DNA of 18,609 nucleotides from a virus (Duplodnaviria; Heunggongvirae; Uroviricota; Caudoviricetes): IMG/VR virus record IMGVR_UViG_2534681878_000012, positions 1 to 18,609 of that record; one strand, 5' to 3'. Shown piece by piece: positions 14,845 to 18,609 of this stretch (position 1 is its first letter; each line of letters starts with the position of its first letter). The notes under the pieces were generated by a model. It saw only the letters and a program-made list of their open reading frames with translations, ran no database searches and was not told where the DNA came from. The position numbers and the translations under genes were made by a program.

Positions 14845-15661
14845 AACTGGAAGATTTACCGAAATACTACTCCCCAAAATCCCCCGGCCTGACTGATGCA
14901 TCGGCCTCAACGTCGAAAGATTCGCTGAGTATCACTGATGTGATGGCCGCGCAGGGCATGACACAGAATTGGGCTGAGATGGGGTTTTCTGCGTTCCTTG
15001 GGAAAATGGGCATTAGTATGAATGACAGAGAGCGGGCAACAGAATTGCTGACAGAATATGCACTCAGTCGGTGTGATCGCGTGGCGGCGTTAAGAAAACT
15101 CCCGGCAGAAATAAAACCGGCAGTGATGCGTATTATGGCTTCGTATGCGTTTGAAGATTATGCCCGTAGCGCGGCGAGCAAAAAACAGTGCCCCTGTTGT
15201 CACGGAAAAAATTTATTGAAAGCGAGGTTTTTACAAACAAGATCCAGTATCCGGATGGTAAGCCGCCAGTGTGGGCAAAGTGCACAAAAGGCGTGTATCC
15301 GTCTTACTGGGAGGAATGGAAAAAAGTCAGGGAGGTGGTAAAAGTTGCCTGTCCGGAGTGTGGAGGGAAGGGGGAGGTTTCCACCGCCTGTAAAGATTGT
15401 CGTGGGCGCGGTGTTGCCATTCATCGTGAAGAGTCGGTAAAACGTGGTATGCCTGTTATCAGAGACTGCCAGCGTTGTGGTGGTCGTGGCTATGAAAGAT
15501 TACCTTCAACGGAGGCATTTAATGCCATATGTAATGTAACCGATGCCATATCTCTTGATACATGGAAAAAAACAGTTAAACGTTTTTACGATACGCTGGT
15601 GGTGCAGTTTGATATTGAAGAAGCATGGGCAGAACAACAACTGAAAAAGGTGACCAGATAG
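14841..15661 (+). pseudogene. Lambda-Q-family late antiterminator, split by a frameshift in an A6 run
   Basis: Track ORFs 14841..15341 and 15188..15661 overlap in different frames. Adding one A at 15206-15211 gives one ORF with HSPKSP, DSLSITDVMAAQGM, FEDYARSAA, four CxxCxG(K/R)G motifs and a lambda Q-like C-terminus. ATG overlaps the rusA stop. Confidence 0.6.
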
Positions 15662-15666
15662 CTTTG

Positions 15667-15706
15667 TTGATTTTTCCCGAATCTGTGGTAAATTTGCCCT
15701 AACGAT
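15667..15706 (+). promoter_or_regulatory. Late promoter pR' with qut pause element
   Basis: TTGATT (15667-15672), 16 nt, TGgTAAATT extended -10 (15689-15694), then TGCCCTAACGATGGG, near-identical in layout to remembered lambda pR'. Confidence 0.7.
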
Positions 15707-15741
15707 GGGCGTTTTATGCCTGACGTTAGAAGATTTTTTGC

Positions 15742-15765
15742 ACCCGTCGCCAGGCGGGTTTTTTT
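15742..15765 (+). terminator. tR'-like intrinsic terminator
   Basis: ACCCGTC-GCCA-GGCGGGT hairpin (7 bp with one G-U) followed by T7 at 15759-15765, about 45-60 nt downstream of the pR' start. Confidence 0.65.
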
Positions 15766-15868
15766 ATGACTGAAATCACGCCAGTACAGTAAACGCGCTG
15801 GTGGTTGTGAATACCGGTCTTTCAGCTTGCTGGCTTTTTCGACAAGAGTTATTGGTGTGTCACGTTAA

Positions 15869-16260
15869 CCGGAAAAAGGAAAGTTTGAGAAACGCGATCT
15901 GGCACAGGCGGTTATTAATGCTGCCTACCTGGTGGCCTGTGCAGATGGTGAATGTGAGGCTTCCTAGAAAGCGAAGATCGAACAGGTACTGCGTAATCAG
16001 CCAGCGCTGTCCGCGTTTACGTCAGAAATTAATGCGATTAGCGCAACCATTATCGGTCAGCTGGATACGAACTTTAAAACTGGTCGTCGTGCGGCGTTAC
16101 GTGAGATCGAGGATGTGAAACACGATACGCGTGAAGCGGAAGATGTGCTGGATGTGGCGGTGGCCATTGCGGAGGCAGACGGCGAAATTGAGCCGGAAGA
16201 GCGCAAGGTGCTGGAAGAGATTGCCGGTGTTCTGGGTCTTCGTCTGGAGAATCACCTGTG
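15869..16260 (+). pseudogene. TerB-family (tellurite-resistance TerB-like) gene remnant, N-terminally truncated and frameshifted
   Basis: Manual translation shows ...AQAVINAAYLVACADGECEA in one frame and KAKIEQVL...AIAEADGEIEPEERKVLEEIAGVLGL... in the next, switching around 15959-15967 with an in-frame TAG at 15964. No start codon; about 30 N-terminal residues missing. Confidence 0.5.
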
Positions 16261-16388
16261 ACGGTAAAACTGCGCCTGGCTGTGGCTGCACTCCTGCTGT
16301 TTCTGGTGGTGATGGTGGATTTCACCAGCAGAATCATGTCGGTGCTGGCGGATGGGGTGCTGGTCTGCGGCATTGTGGTATTGCTGTA
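16257..16388 (+). CDS. Small hydrophobic protein (43 aa), not in track
   Basis: GTG start overlapping the TerB-remnant stop as GTGA; one predicted TM helix. Confidence 0.3.
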
Positions 16389-16590
16389 GCCGGTGATAAA
16401 AAGAAACAGCCTGCATAATGCTTGAATTTTTTATTTGCTGTTTATTAAAAATACTACTGCATGGTGAATCCCCCTGTGCGGAGGGGCAATCAGCAACCAG
16501 GTATATGTGATAATCGCGGATTCAGGTGCTGATACTGAATTCACCGGGAGGCACCCGGCACCATGCAAGAAAAAGAATGTGCATGCAAAC

Positions 16591-16617
16591 ATGCCCCTCT
16601 CCGGAGGGGCATTTTTT
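16591..16617 (+). terminator. Intrinsic terminator (9-bp perfect stem, T-run)
   Basis: ATGCCCCTC-TCCG-GAGGGGCAT followed by T-run 16612-16617. Confidence 0.6.
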
Positions 16618-16623
16618 ATGGGT

Positions 16624-16648
16624 AAAAAATGCCCGAATGGGTTCGGGC
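16624..16648 (-). terminator. Minus-strand-oriented intrinsic terminator hairpin
   Basis: A-run 16624-16629 then GCCCGA(A)-loop-(T)TCGGGC; reads as hairpin plus U-run on the minus strand. Confidence 0.45.
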
Positions 16649-16832
16649 AATAGCATGAGATACTGATATTGTTGTGTTGTTATCGTGTGGATTTTAACCA
16701 GGGTTTATCAGGCTGCGCAACTGCGTGGCCTTTTTTCATTTCTTGGGCTGTAGTCCCCGTGTGTCATTCAGGCTTCCGGACTACAGCTCACTCCATATCT
16801 GATTTAATACACTATCCCGGCCGGGAGGAATA

Positions 16833-18609
16833 ATGACATTTAAACATTATGATGTTGTCAGGGCGGCGTCGCCGTCAGACCTTGCGGAAAAGCTGACACA
16901 CAAACTGAAAGAGGGCTGGCAGCCGTTTGGTAGTCCGGTGGCCATAACCCCTTATACCCTGATGCAGGCGATTACAGCAGAAGGTGATGTGGTGGTCAGT
17001 GGTGCAACTGAGCCGGATTGGTACTACGTCATCGTACTGGCCGGGCAGTCCAATGCCATGGCTTACGGTGAAGGGCTTCCGCTGCCGGATTCATACGATG
17101 CTCCGGATCCGCGCATTAAACAGCTGGCGCGCCGCAGTACAGTGACGCCGGGTGGGGCTGCCTGCAGATATAACGATATTATTCCGGCCGACCACTGCCT
17201 GCATGATGTGCAGGATATGAGTACGCTGAATCATCCGAAGGCAGACCTGAGCAAAGGGCAGTACGGCTGTGTCGGCCAGGGCTTACATATTGCCAAAAAA
17301 CTGCTTCCGTATATCCCGAATAACGCGGGGATCCTGCTGGTACCATGCTGTCGTGGTGGTTCGGCATTTACCCAGGGCGCGGAGGGGACATTCAGTGCGG
17401 ACACGGGGGCCAGCCAGGATTCGGCGCGCTGGGGTGTGGGTAAACCGTTATATCAGGACCTGATTGCGCGCACCAAAGCTGCATTACAGAAGAACCCGAA
17501 AAATGTGTTGCTGGCGGTGTGCTGGATGCAGGGAGAGTTTGACATGAGCGCCGCCACCCACGCACAGCAACCTGCGCTGTTTACAGCCATGCTGACACAG
17601 TTTCGTGCTGACCTCTCCGTGTTTAACGCGCAGTGCCATGGTGGCAGTGCTGCAGATGTGCCGTGGATTTGTGGTGACACGACGTATTACTGGAAAAATA
17701 CATACGCTACCCAGTACGACACCGTGTACGGCGGGTATAAAAACAGGGAGAGTGAGGGCGTTTATTTTGTGCCCTTCATGACAGACGGTAACGGCGTCAA
17801 TACCGCCACTAACGCGCCGGCAGAAGATCCGGATATTCCGGCATCAGGATATTACGGTGCGGCATCGAGAACGAATGGAAACCAGGTATCATCAAACCGC
17901 CCGACACATTTCAGTTCATGGGCGCGCAGGAGCATTATTCCGGATCGTCTGGCAACCGCTATTCTGAACGCAGCCGGGCGCACCTCAGCCTTCATCAGTG
18001 GTAAGGCACCGGAAATCAAACCCTCGCCCGGCGGCAACACGCCATCGGGTCCGTCTGCAGATACGTCCGTTCGCACAATCTCCCTGCTGCCGGCAGCCGG
18101 AGAGGCTGCTGCGCAGGGCTGGAGCATTAAGGATGGCGGAATTCAGTTGTCAGATGGTGTATTTAAGATCACCAGGCAGAGCAATAAAACCTGGTCCCTG
18201 ACGCATCCGGTGGATGACGCAATTACCCTGCTGACACAGGGCGGCAGACTGACCTGTAAGTTCCGCCTGTCAGGCGCACTGACCAACAATCAGTTCGGGC
18301 TGGGGATTTATCTGTATACGGATGCTCCCGTTCCTGATGGTGTGGCGATGACGGGTACCGGTAATCCGTTCCTGATGTCGTACTTCACTCAGACCACTGA
18401 CGGCAGAGTGAATCTGATGCATCACAGGAAAGCCGGAAACACGAAGCTGGGGGAGTTCGGCGATTACGGTAACGACTGGCAGACGCTGGAGCTGGTGTTC
18501 ACCGCCGGCAGTGCCACGGTTACTCCGAAACTGAATGGAGTGGCTGGCCCGGCATTCCAGGTTATAAAAGACAGTCTGACACTGGGACTGAATGCGCTGA
18601 CGCTGACGG
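16833..18609 (+). CDS. nanS: NanS-p-type prophage sialate O-acetylesterase; runs off the window end
   Basis: Open frame to the window edge (hence absent from track); GGGAGG RBS; MTFKHYDVV...EGWQPFG N-terminus, GQSNAMAYGEG catalytic-type motif, long C-terminal extension. Sits between the Q/pR' region and the expected lysis genes. Confidence 0.7.
   Translation, partial: MTFKHYDVVRAASPSDLAEKLTHKLKEGWQPFGSPVAITPYTLMQAITAEGDVVVSGATEPDWYYVIVLAGQSNAMAYGEGLPLPDSYDAPDPRIKQLARRSTVTPGGAACRYNDIIPADHCLHDVQDMSTLNHPKADLSKGQYGCVGQGLHIAKKLLPYIPNNAGILLVPCCRGGSAFTQGAEGTFSADTGASQDSARWGVGKPLYQDLIARTKAALQKNPKNVLLAVCWMQGEFDMSAATHAQQPALFTAMLTQFRADLSVFNAQCHGGSAADVPWICGDTTYYWKNTYATQYDTVYGGYKNRESEGVYFVPFMTDGNGVNTATNAPAEDPDIPASGYYGAASRTNGNQVSSNRPTHFSSWARRSIIPDRLATAILNAAGRTSAFISGKAPEIKPSPGGNTPSGPSADTSVRTISLLPAAGEAAAQGWSIKDGGIQLSDGVFKITRQSNKTWSLTHPVDDAITLLTQGGRLTCKFRLSGALTNNQFGLGIYLYTDAPVPDGVAMTGTGNPFLMSYFTQTTDGRVNLMHHRKAGNTKLGEFGDYGNDWQTLELVFTAGSATVTPKLNGVAGPAFQVIKDSLTLGLNALTLT

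Noticed and set aside
16131-16418. 95-aa plus-strand ORF
   Set aside because: Wrong frame over the TerB-like remnant and the small membrane ORF; Trp/Arg-rich with no motif.
16390-16832. tRNA genes, as found between Q and stx in Stx phages
   Set aside because: No cloverleaf-compatible segment with a GTTCGAATC-type T-loop was found by eye; needs a covariance search to settle.
1-18609. CRISPR array, insertion sequence, integrase or att site
   Set aside because: No repeat-spacer periodicity, terminal inverted repeats with a transposase ORF, or tyrosine/serine recombinase-sized ORF is present; the iteron and operator repeats are explained above.

Overview
This window reads as the early and regulatory region of a lambdoid (Qin/DicA-type) enterobacterial prophage, running from the leftward early operon to the start of the late region. 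All calls are made by eye from the sequence and from remembered protein families; nothing was searched or computed. Layout: a leftward operon on the minus strand (recE-like 5' part, ydfD-like, dicB, DicF sRNA, a 212-aa unknown, ydfA-like, DicA-like repressor), then on the plus strand a cro-like dicC, replication genes (O-like with internal iterons, DnaT-like, P-like), a block of small accessory genes including two diverged tandem cassettes, a hok-type toxin next to a convergent HigB-2/HigA-2-like pair, ydfU-like, rusA, a lambda-type Q antiterminator, pR'/qut/tR', a TerB-like remnant, and the start of a NanS-p-type esterase. No integrase, att site, tRNA, CRISPR array, IS element or stx genes were seen. 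Several genes (Q, Ea22-like copy A, TerB-like, recE 5' end) appear frame-disrupted, which fits a decaying cryptic prophage but could also be sequencing error. The most interesting candidates are the hok plus HigB-2-like toxin cluster, the uncharacterised 212-aa gene beside the repressor, and the paralogous cassettes with small acidic proteins; none is demonstrably a new system from sequence alone.
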